Source: Nitrosarchaeum sp. (lineage in GTDB: Archaea; Thermoproteota; Nitrososphaeria; Nitrososphaerales; Nitrosopumilaceae). From it: a stretch of DNA of 64,000 nt. The position numbers and the translations under genes were made by a program. Location: NCBI GenBank assembly GCA_965223865.1, contig OZ245020.1:1888001-1952000 (forward strand). Reading direction: 5' to 3'. Below the pieces are notes generated by a model. The model was not told where the DNA came from, did not search any database, and saw only the letters and a program-made list of their open reading frames with translations. Below are positions 26,486-36,532 of this stretch, piece by piece (within the stretch, counting starts at the first letter, position 1; each line of letters begins with the position of its first letter).

Positions 26486-27307
26486 ATGTGTTTGAGACTT
26501 CATAAAGTTGCAGTTGTAAGCAAGGTAGGATCAAAAGATTCAGAAAATGCTGCCAGGGACGTCACAAAAAAATTCCTAGCAAAAAAAGCCAAAGTGTTTA
26601 CTATTTCTCCAGTAGAGGTTGAGGGAGCAAAGAAACTAGAATCGCTTGAAGAACTAAAAAATATGAAATTAGATCTTGTAGTTACACTTGGAGGAGATGG
26701 AACTACACTTAGAGTGTTCAGGAATCTTGAAAATGAAACACCTATTCTTACCATCAATGTAGGAGGTAACAGAGGAATTCTAGCAGAAATTACCATCGAA
26801 GAGATTGATGATGCAATAAATAATATTTTAAAAGACAAGTTCTTTTTGGATAAAAGAACGAGAGTCGTTGCCTCACGTGGAGGGAAAGAATTTCCACCAG
26901 CACTAAATGAGATTTACATTTGTAGAACAAATCTTACAAAAACTTCAGAAATCGAAATAAAATTTCAAAACGATACGGTAAAACAAAAAATGGATGGAGT
27001 AATTATTGCAACTCCTAGTGGTTCAACTGGTCACTCATTTTCATTAGGAGGTCCAATTCTTCATGAAAGTTTGGATGTTTTGATAATAACACCTGTTGCA
27101 CCAGTTTATAGATTAGAATCCATTGTAGTTCCAGATGAAAAAATTGAAGTAATTTCATCGCATGACTGCAGTATAGTTATGGACGCACAAGTTGTAAAAT
27201 CGGCAGGATTTGAAGAACCAATCATAATAAAAAAATACAAAAAGCCAGCAGTCTTCATACGATTAAAGAAACGTGGTTTGAGGCAGATGAGCAAACTTGG
27301 ATTTTAG
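26486..27307 (+). CDS. nadK: NAD(+) kinase
   Basis: LGGDGT, LNE and TPSGSTGH...GGP motifs. Confidence 0.92.
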   Translation: MCLRLHKVAVVSKVGSKDSENAARDVTKKFLAKKAKVFTISPVEVEGAKKLESLEELKNMKLDLVVTLGGDGTTLRVFRNLENETPILTINVGGNRGILAEITIEEIDDAINNILKDKFFLDKRTRVVASRGGKEFPPALNEIYICRTNLTKTSEIEIKFQNDTVKQKMDGVIIATPSGSTGHSFSLGGPILHESLDVLIITPVAPVYRLESIVVPDEKIEVISSHDCSIVMDAQVVKSAGFEEPIIIKKYKKPAVFIRLKKRGLRQMSKLGF

Positions 27308-27797
27308 GATTTTAGACGCGAGTGCATTTTATGCAGGAGTTCCCTTTGTGTCAGAGAATGATTGCTATACTACATCACTTGTATACGAAGAAATCAAACA
27401 TATTAAAAAAAATCATGAGGCAGTAAGAACTCTTTTAGAAACAAATCGACTGAAGATAATGGATCCAGATAATGAATCAAAAAATTCTGCAATTTTATTG
27501 GCAAAAAAAACGGGAGATTATCAACAATTATCAAAACAAGATATTTCAATTGTTGCCTTGTGCATTAAACTCAAAGGTCAAATAATTACAGATGACTTTG
27601 CAATAACAAATGTTGCACATAACATGGGTCTAAAAACATCACCAATAATGACTAGGGGAATCAGAGATGTTGGAAGATGGATTCATTATTGTCCAGGTTG
27701 TCGAATAAATCACATCGCAGGAAAGGAATGTCCAAATTGTGGAACGCCGTTAAAAAGAAAACTGCTCAAAAGGAAATCTTTTTCTTTGTCACCCTAG
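27297..27797 (+). CDS. nob1: Nob1-like PIN endonuclease with zinc ribbon
   Basis: ILDASAF, LSKQD, TDDF, CPGC...CPNCG. Confidence 0.85.
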   Translation: MDFRILDASAFYAGVPFVSENDCYTTSLVYEEIKHIKKNHEAVRTLLETNRLKIMDPDNESKNSAILLAKKTGDYQQLSKQDISIVALCIKLKGQIITDDFAITNVAHNMGLKTSPIMTRGIRDVGRWIHYCPGCRINHIAGKECPNCGTPLKRKLLKRKSFSLSP

Positions 27798-27899
27798 AAA
27801 TGAACCATCATATATTGTAACATTTTCAAAACTTGTATTCTAACTGAAAAAAACGAGGCCGTATAGACTAACACAAATTTGTTAATACATCTAATTACA

Positions 27900-28586
27900 T
27901 CATGAATCATGTAGAGTTTTTTGATTTGATGTTTTTAGAAATTTACTTTGTGACTCTAGAATTTTTTTTATTTTTTTTGCTCTTGCCTCACCTAATCCTT
28001 CAACCTTTGCAAGCTCAGTAGTAGTTGCTGTGAAAACTTTGAGAGGGGTTCCAAATTTTTCTAGCATTCTTACGGCAAATTTCTCACCCACTCCTGGAAG
28101 ACTACACAGTGATGATAGTTGTTGTTTTTCTAAATCATTGGATTTTCGGATTTTTTTTAAATATGGTCCTTTTGGTGATTCTTTTCTTGAACACATTGAA
28201 ACAAGAAGCTTTGCAGTATGGGTTGCACTAGGTGTAGGAATTACTGGAATTTTAAAATCAATGACAACTGTTGAAATTGCACCATAAAAGATTAATGGAT
28301 TATCAGCGATTTCATCTATTTCATCAACATTTCCTTCCATCAAAATTATAGGATATTGGAAATGTTCCTTTAGTCTTGAGCATTGATCAAATAATCTTCC
28401 ATCAAAAACAGAGGACAATAAATCACGAATGCTTTTTCTTTCAATTACTGTTTCGGGAGCTACAATGTAATCTCCTATTGGGAGAGTTTTCATTTCTAAA
28501 TTCAGACCTACAGATTTTAGTAGATCAGGAATTCCGCTTTTACGTTCACGTTCATCTACAATTATTCTCAAATTTTCGAGTTTCAA
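27900..28586 (-). CDS. xpf: XPF/ERCC4 nuclease with HhH domain
   Basis: VDERE, GDY, IERKS, LPGVG and VEGLG motifs. Confidence 0.9.
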   Translation of the reverse strand: MKLENLRIIVDERERKSGIPDLLKSVGLNLEMKTLPIGDYIVAPETVIERKSIRDLLSSVFDGRLFDQCSRLKEHFQYPIILMEGNVDEIDEIADNPLIFYGAISTVVIDFKIPVIPTPSATHTAKLLVSMCSRKESPKGPYLKKIRKSNDLEKQQLSSLCSLPGVGEKFAVRMLEKFGTPLKVFTATTTELAKVEGLGEARAKKIKKILESQSKFLKTSNQKTLHDS

Positions 28587-28637
28587 TAAGTTGAATTGGG
28601 TTAATTTGTTAATATTTTATTTGAAATTTTAACGAGA

Positions 28638-29045
28638 TTATTTTCTAGAGTCTTCACTTGTAGGAGGTTGGTCGGCCATCTTTGCACCACTTCCGGCTCC
28701 ACCTTTCATCATTTCAGTAATCTTTGTCTCTTGTTCTTTTAGCGTTTCTTTGATTCTTGTTTCTTGTTTTTCAAGAACAGTGGAACGAGTTTTTGCCATC
28801 TCAAGTCTTTCTTCGAGGTCATCAATTAGTTCTTTTTTTGTAGATTTTATCAGAATTGAGCCAGCGTGTTTGTAGACATTATCTGAATCATTTGCTTTTC
28901 TTAATTCCTCAAGGGCTTTTTCTGTCTCAACTTTTTCCATTTCAAGATGTTGTTTTTGAGTCATTATTGATTGTAAATTCTGTTGTGATTGTTGCAGTTT
29001 CATCAGTTGCTCTTGAAGCCAAGGTGGCATTTGTCCTGTTGACAT
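28638..29045 (-). CDS. pfdB: Prefoldin beta subunit
   Basis: Coiled coils flanking VYKHAGSILIK. Confidence 0.92.
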   Translation of the reverse strand: MSTGQMPPWLQEQLMKLQQSQQNLQSIMTQKQHLEMEKVETEKALEELRKANDSDNVYKHAGSILIKSTKKELIDDLEERLEMAKTRSTVLEKQETRIKETLKEQETKITEMMKGGAGSGAKMADQPPTSEDSRK

Positions 29046-29069
29046 GTTAAATCGTTGTTTAGAGTTTCA

Positions 29070-29315
29070 TTATATCTTTACCGATTCAATAGAATCATAA
29101 CTTGCTTGAATTAATCGTAAAGTAGAGTTAAGATTCGCACGAAGATGAGGAATGTGTTCAGAATCTATAGAAATTTCAAGTTTTTTATCTAGAGACATCG
29201 TTGTTTTTGTTGGATTTTCAGGATAGTATTCATTATCAGTGTTTACTGAATCAAAAATTGCTCTTGTTTTCTCTTTTGCATCAACAATAATTTTTGCATT
29301 AAAGCTTGATGTCAT
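29070..29315 (-). CDS. pcc1: KEOPS complex subunit Pcc1
   Basis: LRANLNSTLRLI motif; position between rpl37ae and pfdB; probable ATG at 29315. Confidence 0.8.
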   Translation of the reverse strand: MTSSFNAKIIVDAKEKTRAIFDSVNTDNEYYPENPTKTTMSLDKKLEISIDSEHIPHLRANLNSTLRLIQASYDSIESVKI

Positions 29316-29508
29316 ATGCTGTTCCTGCAATTTTAAAACTGCATTTTTTACAGGACCATATTCCAACGGCATCTCTAGTAAATTTTTTCGAGCCGCATTC
29401 TGGACAAGTTCTTGTTTCTTTTAGGGTAAGATGAATCTTAGTATACTGCTTTCTAATTTTAATTCCATATCTTGCGCCCAATCCTTTTAGAGATTTTTTC
29501 TTTGCCAT
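29299..29508 (-). CDS. rpl37ae: 50S ribosomal protein L37ae (eL43)
   Basis: GARYG, CPECG, GIWSCKKC. Confidence 0.93.
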   Translation of the reverse strand: MAKKKSLKGLGARYGIKIRKQYTKIHLTLKETRTCPECGSKKFTRDAVGIWSCKKCSFKIAGTAYDIKL

Positions 29509-29509
29509 T

Positions 29510-30325
29510 TTATTGATCGCTACCCTTTACTTCTTTTAACTTTTCTCGGATTTTTGAGCCAATATTTACAGAAATTTCACCGCATTTTATTATTTCATCC
29601 AAACTGAAACCATCATCCCCCCCTTTTTGTAGTGCACAAATGTTTCCATCAGAATCAGTTGTAATTGTAATTCTTGCATCCATTACATCCCATTCATCAG
29701 CATTTGGGTCCACTACAATGTAATTTCCAATCTTTCCCATAGTCACAGATACAGGAATTGTTGTGATCGGTACGTCAGTTTCTTGACCTTCGATTAGTTT
29801 GGGAACATCGTCGACCAACTCCCATTTTGGAGTTTTTGAAGACAAAACAGCAGCTGTTGCAGCATAGGCGCATGCATCAAAAAGATTACCATCGTAATCA
29901 ATTACGACATTATCAGCAAAAACACCTACAACAGATTTGTCTTTTTCAATTACTAATTGAGATAAATCAATCATGTGACTTTCTCTAATTCCTCTATCAA
30001 CAACTCTTGCCAATTCAATGACATCAGGACCAGGCGGTCCTGTTTCAACACTAGGATGAGATAAGGGTAAAAGCTCAGCGGTACAGATGAAGATTCCCTT
30101 ATCACCCATATCTGGGAAAGGTCTATCAGGTTGAATTTTTACACCGCAGACTACTTCACTACCACCAAGTCGAACTCTAGCAGAACCATTTGCTTTTGGA
30201 ATTGCATTAGTTTCAATGGTTAATTCTCTTGATTCATCTAATGCTCTACCGTCAATTCTCTTTCCTTGTTCTAACAATTCAAGAATTTGTGATTTCTTTA
30301 ATTCATCTATTACTCCTAATGACAT
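29510..30325 (-). CDS. rrp42: Exosome subunit Rrp42
   Basis: RIDGR, ANGSARV, ELARVVDRGIRES. Confidence 0.95.
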   Translation of the reverse strand: MSLGVIDELKKSQILELLEQGKRIDGRALDESRELTIETNAIPKANGSARVRLGGSEVVCGVKIQPDRPFPDMGDKGIFICTAELLPLSHPSVETGPPGPDVIELARVVDRGIRESHMIDLSQLVIEKDKSVVGVFADNVVIDYDGNLFDACAYAATAAVLSSKTPKWELVDDVPKLIEGQETDVPITTIPVSVTMGKIGNYIVVDPNADEWDVMDARITITTDSDGNICALQKGGDDGFSLDEIIKCGEISVNIGSKIREKLKEVKGSDQ

Positions 30326-31063
30326 TTATTCTTCTCCTCCATTACCAAAATACTTTTCATTCAATGCTTTCTTTTGTAAATCATAAACAATTTTGCAACC
30401 GTTAATTCCTGTTTCTACACATTTCTGGTATTCTTCAGGAGTAAGAACACCATCTAGCTGCAATAAAGTAATTTTTTCAAGATTTGGCATGTAACCTATA
30501 GGCATGTCTGCTTGGCCAGCTTGATCTTCTTCATTGTTGACATCAAGAATTACAGTATCTGCAACTTTGCCAGCAGCACATGCTGCAACCATATCTCTCA
30601 TAGGAATTCCAGCATCAGCTAAGGCAACAGATGCAGCAGAAAGTGCAGCACAACGAGTTCCACCATCAGCTTGAAGAATCTCAATGAAAACATCAACTGC
30701 AGTTCGTGGGAATTTTTCTAGCATAACTGCTGGCTGTAGAGCCTCTTTGATGACTTTGGAAATTTCAATTTCTCTTCTAGAAGGAGCAGGGTTTTTTCTT
30801 TCAGTTACTGAAAAAGGTTCCATGTGATACCTAACTCTCAAAATTCCAGTATCTGTGTTTGACATGTGTTTTGGATGAACATCTCTTGGGCCAAAAACAC
30901 CAACAAGTATTTTGTTATCACCAAATTCAATATAGGCAGAGCCATCGGCATTTTTTAAACCGCCAGCTTTAATCATTATTCTTCTTGGTTCATCAATTTT
31001 TCTTCCGTCGCATCGGATACCATTTTCATCTAATAATACTAACTCTGATTCTCTTCCACCCAT
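30326..31063 (-). CDS. rrp41: Exosome subunit Rrp41
   Basis: ADGSAY, PFSVTERK, QADGGTR. Confidence 0.95.
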   Translation of the reverse strand: MGGRESELVLLDENGIRCDGRKIDEPRRIMIKAGGLKNADGSAYIEFGDNKILVGVFGPRDVHPKHMSNTDTGILRVRYHMEPFSVTERKNPAPSRREIEISKVIKEALQPAVMLEKFPRTAVDVFIEILQADGGTRCAALSAASVALADAGIPMRDMVAACAAGKVADTVILDVNNEEDQAGQADMPIGYMPNLEKITLLQLDGVLTPEEYQKCVETGINGCKIVYDLQKKALNEKYFGNGGEE

Positions 31064-31743
31064 TATGATTCACCTTTTGATTCTAACATTTCCTTTACCT
31101 GATCAGTCAAATTTGCAACATGTGCGTGCTCATCAACCATTTGGATTGCTTTTTTAGCCTTTAATAATCCCTCGGGATTCTCACAAGAGACAACCACCCA
31201 ACCATTTTGTCCTATGGTTATTGCAGCATTTGTAGCCATTTCAATGGTTTGAATCATAGTACCTCTTTTTCCAATTAGACGTGGAACTTTACTTGAAGAT
31301 ATTTTGACCAAGTCTCCAGAGTCTATCTTTCCAAGATCTCTATCAGAAATGGTTACTAGAGGATCACGTGTTCTATCAAAATTAGCAATTCTTGCAGCAA
31401 CAAGATCTCCTGTTTTTAGCTTTGAAGATAAATCATCAGCATGTGCTGAAAAATCACGTCCAAAAACGTCTTGTGCTGGTAAAAATCCAACATAACAGGA
31501 ATTGATATCCAATTCCCAGGATAATGATGAATGTGAGACGACTTTGCCAATTACCAGATCATTAATTTTTGGAATATACTTTCCAGTTAACGGAATTACT
31601 TTAACAGAATCATCATAAATTTCTGAAATGCCTACTGTAGTGGCAATTATTTTGTTTCCTTCCAAGACAACATTTTGTTCTGGCCTAAATGGTCCAGTAG
31701 TCACTATATCACCAGGGATAACGTATTTTCTTCTATTATCCAT
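31063..31743 (-). CDS. rrp4: Exosome RNA-binding subunit Rrp4
   Basis: S1 and KH domains (KVPRLIGKRG, GQNG). Confidence 0.95.
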   Translation of the reverse strand: MDNRRKYVIPGDIVTTGPFRPEQNVVLEGNKIIATTVGISEIYDDSVKVIPLTGKYIPKINDLVIGKVVSHSSLSWELDINSCYVGFLPAQDVFGRDFSAHADDLSSKLKTGDLVAARIANFDRTRDPLVTISDRDLGKIDSGDLVKISSSKVPRLIGKRGTMIQTIEMATNAAITIGQNGWVVVSCENPEGLLKAKKAIQMVDEHAHVANLTDQVKEMLESKGES

Positions 31744-32429
31744 TATTTCATTACCTCTACTGTAGCAGAACCTTTGGTTATAGAACCTAGTCTATCAATC
31801 ACGTTTGGCCTTGCTGCAGCGGGTATTTCAAGTATTGCTTTTAGTGAACCATTATTTTGCCATTCTTCTTTCTTTAGAGAACCTACTGATTTTAAAACAG
31901 CATATGATTGTGAAGCGTATTGTGCTGGGATAATAATTTCAAGTGAAAGATTCTCAGATTTTAGTGGGATTATAGAGCGAAGTTTTTCTACAATATCTTT
32001 AATCTGCTCATCTACTGTTTTTTGAGGATCTACAGAAACTCGTCCATCTTTTATTGCTTGTTCAATTCTTAGTGGCGGGTGGGGTAAATGAGTTCTAGGA
32101 TCAACAAATGTCTTTGCAATAAATTCAACAATTTGTTTTTTCTTTTCTTCAATCATTTTGCGTCTCTGATCAGTTGTTAGATTCAGGTCACCTTTTTCAA
32201 GAATTTTTTGGGCAATTTCTGTTGGATTCTCAGTTTTGAAAGCCTTGAGGAGTTTTTCAGTAGAGGGTTTTGTTCCTTTATTAGAATCAGTGTAAATTTC
32301 ATCAGAAACTAAGACAGATGAGATATCATTTTTCTTTCCAAGTTTGTAATCCAGTGCTGGATCAGGCTTTACTAAAATCTCAAATTTCTCCCCTTCAAAA
32401 GAAAACCTTACCACGGTTACATCAGCCAT
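31743..32429 (-). CDS. Ribosome maturation factor SBDS
   Basis: GEKFEILV, LTTDQRR, DPRTHLPHPPLRIE. Confidence 0.95.
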   Translation of the reverse strand: MADVTVVRFSFEGEKFEILVKPDPALDYKLGKKNDISSVLVSDEIYTDSNKGTKPSTEKLLKAFKTENPTEIAQKILEKGDLNLTTDQRRKMIEEKKKQIVEFIAKTFVDPRTHLPHPPLRIEQAIKDGRVSVDPQKTVDEQIKDIVEKLRSIIPLKSENLSLEIIIPAQYASQSYAVLKSVGSLKKEEWQNNGSLKAILEIPAAARPNVIDRLGSITKGSATVEVMK

Positions 32430-32610
32430 TTCTAAAATAGCATATGATAATTTGGTATTTATCTATACGTATGATCTTAGGAAATTTACATTACATCTGG
32501 ATTATCATATAGAGAGATCTAAACATCACAGTTATGCTATAAATTTACATAAAGTACATATCAAAAAGTTTGAAAAAAACAAGATAAATCATGGTATTAA
32601 AAAAAACCAG

Positions 32611-33039
32611 TTACTTTACAATCATTACAGGAATCTTTGATGTATGAAGAACATGATTTGAGGTACTTCCAAGAAAGGCTTCTCGAATAGAACCTAAACC
32701 TCTAGAGCCCATTACAATAAGATCACATTTATTTTTAGCAGCAAATGAAACTATTTTTTCTCCTTCATTACCATATTCAATTACGTCAATAAATTGAATT
32801 TTGTTTCGAGAACATTTTTTCTTGGCATTTATCATGAAGTTTTTATAATTTTTATTCAATGCATTTTTAAAAATTGTTTTAATAATTTCGATTTCAGAAG
32901 GGGATGTTTTAATGACATGCAGTCCAATAATTTCTGTTTCAGATTTTTTTGCTAAAGATATTGCTTTGTTTAATCCTCGTAAAGAATTTCTAGAACCATC
33001 TAGAGGCACTAAAATTCGTTTTACTTTATTTGCCATCAA
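32611..33039 (-). CDS. Universal stress protein
   Basis: ILVPLDGS, DLIVMGSRG, LGSTS. Confidence 0.9.
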   Translation of the reverse strand: MMANKVKRILVPLDGSRNSLRGLNKAISLAKKSETEIIGLHVIKTSPSEIEIIKTIFKNALNKNYKNFMINAKKKCSRNKIQFIDVIEYGNEGEKIVSFAAKNKCDLIVMGSRGLGSIREAFLGSTSNHVLHTSKIPVMIVK

Positions 33040-33280
33040 ATTTCAAAGATTTTGCATATTTTTAAGCCTTGAGAGAGGACTTTGAAGCATCAAAGGAAAT
33101 TTCTTTTATTTTTAGACTAATCGGTTAAAGACCAGAATTATTTTTTGATTCAATTATTAATTAGTTATTTGTTCAGAAGTAATAATGTGCAATTTGTTCT
33201 AATAACCAACTAGGATTATTAGTGTTTTATTACCATCAGAACCAATTTCTCTCTCATTGTGAACCTAGCTAGATTTTTAT

Positions 33281-33946
33281 GTGGACTTTAGAGATTTTCT
33301 TCAAGATTTGTCTTCCTTAGAAGTTATTAACAAAGATGACGACAAAATGTCTGTAAAACTCAAAGGAGTTCCATTACAGTATGCTAACGCCCTTAGACGG
33401 GTTTGTCTAAATGGTGTTCCTGTGTTTGCAATAGACACTGTCGATATTTTAGAGAACACATCAGCTATACCGGATGAAGGTTTAGCACACAGATTGGGAT
33501 TAATTCCACTCAAGACTGACCTGACTGGATTTAATGAACCATCAAAATGTGATTGTAAAAGTGAATCGGGCTGCTCAAACTGCAAAGTCATGTTAGTATT
33601 AGACTCGGGGGACTCGGATATAACAAGAACAGTTCTATCAAACGAGTTAATCTCTGAAAACGACTCGATAAAACCAGTTTCTGAAAACATTCCAATCGTT
33701 CAATTAGCTACAGGTCAGAGAGTCAAGGTTGAATGCTATGCAAGATTAGGTAGGGGTAGTGAGCATGCAAAATGGAACTCAGCAAATATTGCAGTTTTGA
33801 CGGAAACTGACAATGAAGATGAAAGAATTCTAACTGTAGAATCAACAGGATCTCTTAAACCAGAACAAGTAATTCTTGCAGGAGTAGAAGAAGTCAGCAG
33901 TAGGTTAGCAGAATTCAAAGAAATGATTCACCAAGTAGAAGAATAA
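33281..33946 (+). CDS. rpoD: RNA polymerase subunit D (Rpo3); true start may be slightly downstream
   Basis: ANALRR, DEGLAHRLGLIPL, EHAKW. Confidence 0.95.
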   Translation: MDFRDFLQDLSSLEVINKDDDKMSVKLKGVPLQYANALRRVCLNGVPVFAIDTVDILENTSAIPDEGLAHRLGLIPLKTDLTGFNEPSKCDCKSESGCSNCKVMLVLDSGDSDITRTVLSNELISENDSIKPVSENIPIVQLATGQRVKVECYARLGRGSEHAKWNSANIAVLTETDNEDERILTVESTGSLKPEQVILAGVEEVSSRLAEFKEMIHQVEE

Positions 33947-33989
33947 CAAGCATACACATTATATTTGGGTTTTAAAACGCATTATTCAC

Positions 33990-34337
33990 ATGACTAATCA
34001 AGTTGTTATACGCATGGCAAAAGATCTAAAAAAGGCATCTGCTTCAAACAGTGCACCAATCTGGGCTAAGTTGGCAGAATATGTGCTAAAACCATCAGTT
34101 GCCAGACGCGATATCAATTTGTACAGAATAGGTCAATTAACTAAAGAAAATGACACGGTAGTTTTTCCGGGCAAAGTATTAGGGACAGGCAATATCCCTC
34201 ATAAAATTACTCTTTGCTCATTTTCCATTTCAAATTCTGCTGCGACAAAGATCATTGAAAATGGTGGAAAAATTATCAGTTATTCAGAATTAATTGAAAA
34301 AAATCCAACTGGAAAAGGAGTGGTATTACTTGGCTAA
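33990..34337 (+). CDS. rpl18e: 50S ribosomal protein L18e
   Basis: APIW, PGKVLGTG; operon context. Confidence 0.93.
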   Translation: MTNQVVIRMAKDLKKASASNSAPIWAKLAEYVLKPSVARRDINLYRIGQLTKENDTVVFPGKVLGTGNIPHKITLCSFSISNSAATKIIENGGKIISYSELIEKNPTGKGVVLLG

Positions 34338-34791
34338 TCAACAAAATACTGTTTCCACAGATAGACCTATGGTAGTAGATGCCACTGATCATATCGCGGG
34401 TAGACTATCTTCAAATGTTGCAAAATTATTACTAAAAGGAAATAGAGTCTCAATTGTAAACTGTGAAAAGATTATGATTAGTGGAACACGCTCTAATATC
34501 ATTAAAGAATACAGAGACTTTTTGGAAATTGCAAGCATACTCCATCCGAAACACGGTCCATTCCATCCAAGAAGACCAGACACCATTATGAAAAGAATGA
34601 TTCGAGGAATGTTACCAAGAAAGAAACCATCAGGTTTAACTGCACATAAAAGACTTAGAACATATATCGGTTCTCCAAAAGAATTAAGTTCTTTTGAAAA
34701 AATTCAATTTGAGAAAGCCAAAATTAAAAGATCTGCCTCAAACTATACAACGATGGGAGAACTTGGAAGAACTATAGGGTGGACTGAATGA
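34330..34791 (+). CDS. rpl13: 50S ribosomal protein L13
   Basis: AGRLSS, GPFHPRRPD, IRGMLP; probable TTG at 34330. Confidence 0.95.
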   Translation: MANQQNTVSTDRPMVVDATDHIAGRLSSNVAKLLLKGNRVSIVNCEKIMISGTRSNIIKEYRDFLEIASILHPKHGPFHPRRPDTIMKRMIRGMLPRKKPSGLTAHKRLRTYIGSPKELSSFEKIQFEKAKIKRSASNYTTMGELGRTIGWTE

Positions 34792-35237
34792 CAACTCCAA
34801 AAACTGAAATCTATTTTGCAACTAGAAAAACATCAAGTGCACATGTATACATTACAAAAGGTCAAGGAAAAGTTAGAATTAATAATGTCCCAGTAGAAAT
34901 GATTCCTCAAGAAACTGCAAGAGAGGTTATGCTTGCTCCTTTAGAAATAACTGGAGATTTAAGAAATAAAATTGACATTTCAGTTAGAGTAAGAGGTGGA
35001 GGTTATATGGGACAAGCAAGTGCAGCAGCAACTGGAATTTCAAGAGCATTAATTGGTTGGACCAAATCTAAAAAAGACCCAAAAGATCACCCATTACCAA
35101 AATCTACCAGAGAAGATCTAAGACAAAGAATTTCTGAGTATGACAAATATCTGATTAGTGGTGATGCTAGAAGAAAAGAACCAAAGAAATTTGGCGGACC
35201 AGGTGCCAGAAGAAGAAAGCAAAAATCATATCGTTAG
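34788..35237 (+). CDS. rps9: 30S ribosomal protein S9
   Basis: GGGYMGQA, EPKKFGGPGARRRKQKSYR. Confidence 0.96.
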   Translation: MTTPKTEIYFATRKTSSAHVYITKGQGKVRINNVPVEMIPQETAREVMLAPLEITGDLRNKIDISVRVRGGGYMGQASAAATGISRALIGWTKSKKDPKDHPLPKSTREDLRQRISEYDKYLISGDARRKEPKKFGGPGARRRKQKSYR

Positions 35238-35240
35238 GCC

Positions 35241-35969
35241 TTGAAGGCTGTAATTTTAGCCGGAGGCAAAGGAACTAGAGGCAAACCATATACAGAATTT
35301 TTTCCCAAAGCTATGACTCCAATTAATGGTTTTCCGCTAATTGATTATTTAGTCAAATACCTTGGAAATTCAAAACTAATTTCAGACATAATTATAATTT
35401 CAGATTTTGAAGGATTAGGTGCTCAGATAAAAAACTACTATGAACACCACCCACGAGTTAAAAAAATCACATTTGTTCAGGACTCGCAGAGTGGAACCGG
35501 AGGAGATTTACTACATATCAAAAATTTGTTAAAAGGAGATTCGGAATTTCTATTATGGTTTGTAGACAATTTGTGTGCAATAGATCTTAAAGAGATGTTA
35601 CAATTTTTTAAAAACAAAAAGAGTAGTGCTTGTATTGCAACAAGAAAAAAAAGAAAAGAAGAAACAGGATTTGCTTTGGTGAAAGATGGAGTTATTAAAG
35701 AATTCAAAGAAAAGCCAATCTTAAATTTACCATTGTCTGAATGCCTAGGAATATACATTTTAGAAAAGAACATACTAAAAAAAATTCAATCTAAATCAAA
35801 TCAAAAACAAATTAATTTGTCATATGATATTTTACAAGAGTTATCAAAAGAAGGAAAAATTAGTGCGTATGATATTGGAGACAAAGAATGGATTGATGCT
35901 GAATCTCCCACTATTTTAGAACGAAATCAAAAACAAATAAAAAAAATCATAAAACAGATGGGGCTTTAG
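35241..35969 (+). CDS. Sugar-phosphate nucleotidyltransferase
   Basis: AVILAGGKGTR...PKAM. Confidence 0.88.
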   Translation: MKAVILAGGKGTRGKPYTEFFPKAMTPINGFPLIDYLVKYLGNSKLISDIIIISDFEGLGAQIKNYYEHHPRVKKITFVQDSQSGTGGDLLHIKNLLKGDSEFLLWFVDNLCAIDLKEMLQFFKNKKSSACIATRKKRKEETGFALVKDGVIKEFKEKPILNLPLSECLGIYILEKNILKKIQSKSNQKQINLSYDILQELSKEGKISAYDIGDKEWIDAESPTILERNQKQIKKIIKQMGL

Positions 35970-36531
35970 ATCCTTTTTCAAATTCAAAAATTTCATCTTC
36001 AAATTGAAGGGTTTGGGCAATATCATCTAATCCTTCCAAAAGAATTTTTTTCTTGTGGGAATCAATCTCAAATAAAATTAATTCGTCAGGGGTAGCTATG
36101 CTTTGATTTTCCAAATCAATTTCTATTTCATCTACTTGTTGTTGTAATTTCTCTACTGTTTTCTCATCTAATTTGATTGGTAAGATTCCATTTTTGAAAC
36201 AATTACTATAAAAGATATCAGCAAATGAGGGTGCAATGATTACTGAAAAACCATAATCCTGTAAAGCCCATACCGCATGTTCACGACTAGAGCCACATCC
36301 AAAATTGTCACCAGCTACTAGAATTTTGGAATTTTTGTATTTGTCATCATTTAATACAAAATCTGGCCTTTTGTTCTCATTTTCATCATAGCGCCAATTA
36401 AAAAATAAGAATTCTCCAAAACCAGATTTTTGGACAAGTTTAAGAAATTGTTTGGGAACAATCTGGTCAGTATCTACATTTACCTTATCTAATGGAGTGA
36501 CAATTGTTTTTACTTTTGTAAATGGTTCCAT
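35947..36531 (-). CDS. leuD: 3-isopropylmalate dehydratase small subunit (bacterial type)
   Basis: [29 protein letters not shown]. Confidence 0.93.
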   Translation of the reverse strand: MEPFTKVKTIVTPLDKVNVDTDQIVPKQFLKLVQKSGFGEFLFFNWRYDENENKRPDFVLNDDKYKNSKILVAGDNFGCGSSREHAVWALQDYGFSVIIAPSFADIFYSNCFKNGILPIKLDEKTVEKLQQQVDEIEIDLENQSIATPDELILFEIDSHKKKILLEGLDDIAQTLQFEDEIFEFEKGSKAPSVL

Positions 36532-36532
36532 C

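Noticed and set aside
32430-33280. AT-rich USP region as a second island
   Set aside because: No att-like sites, repeats or mobility genes
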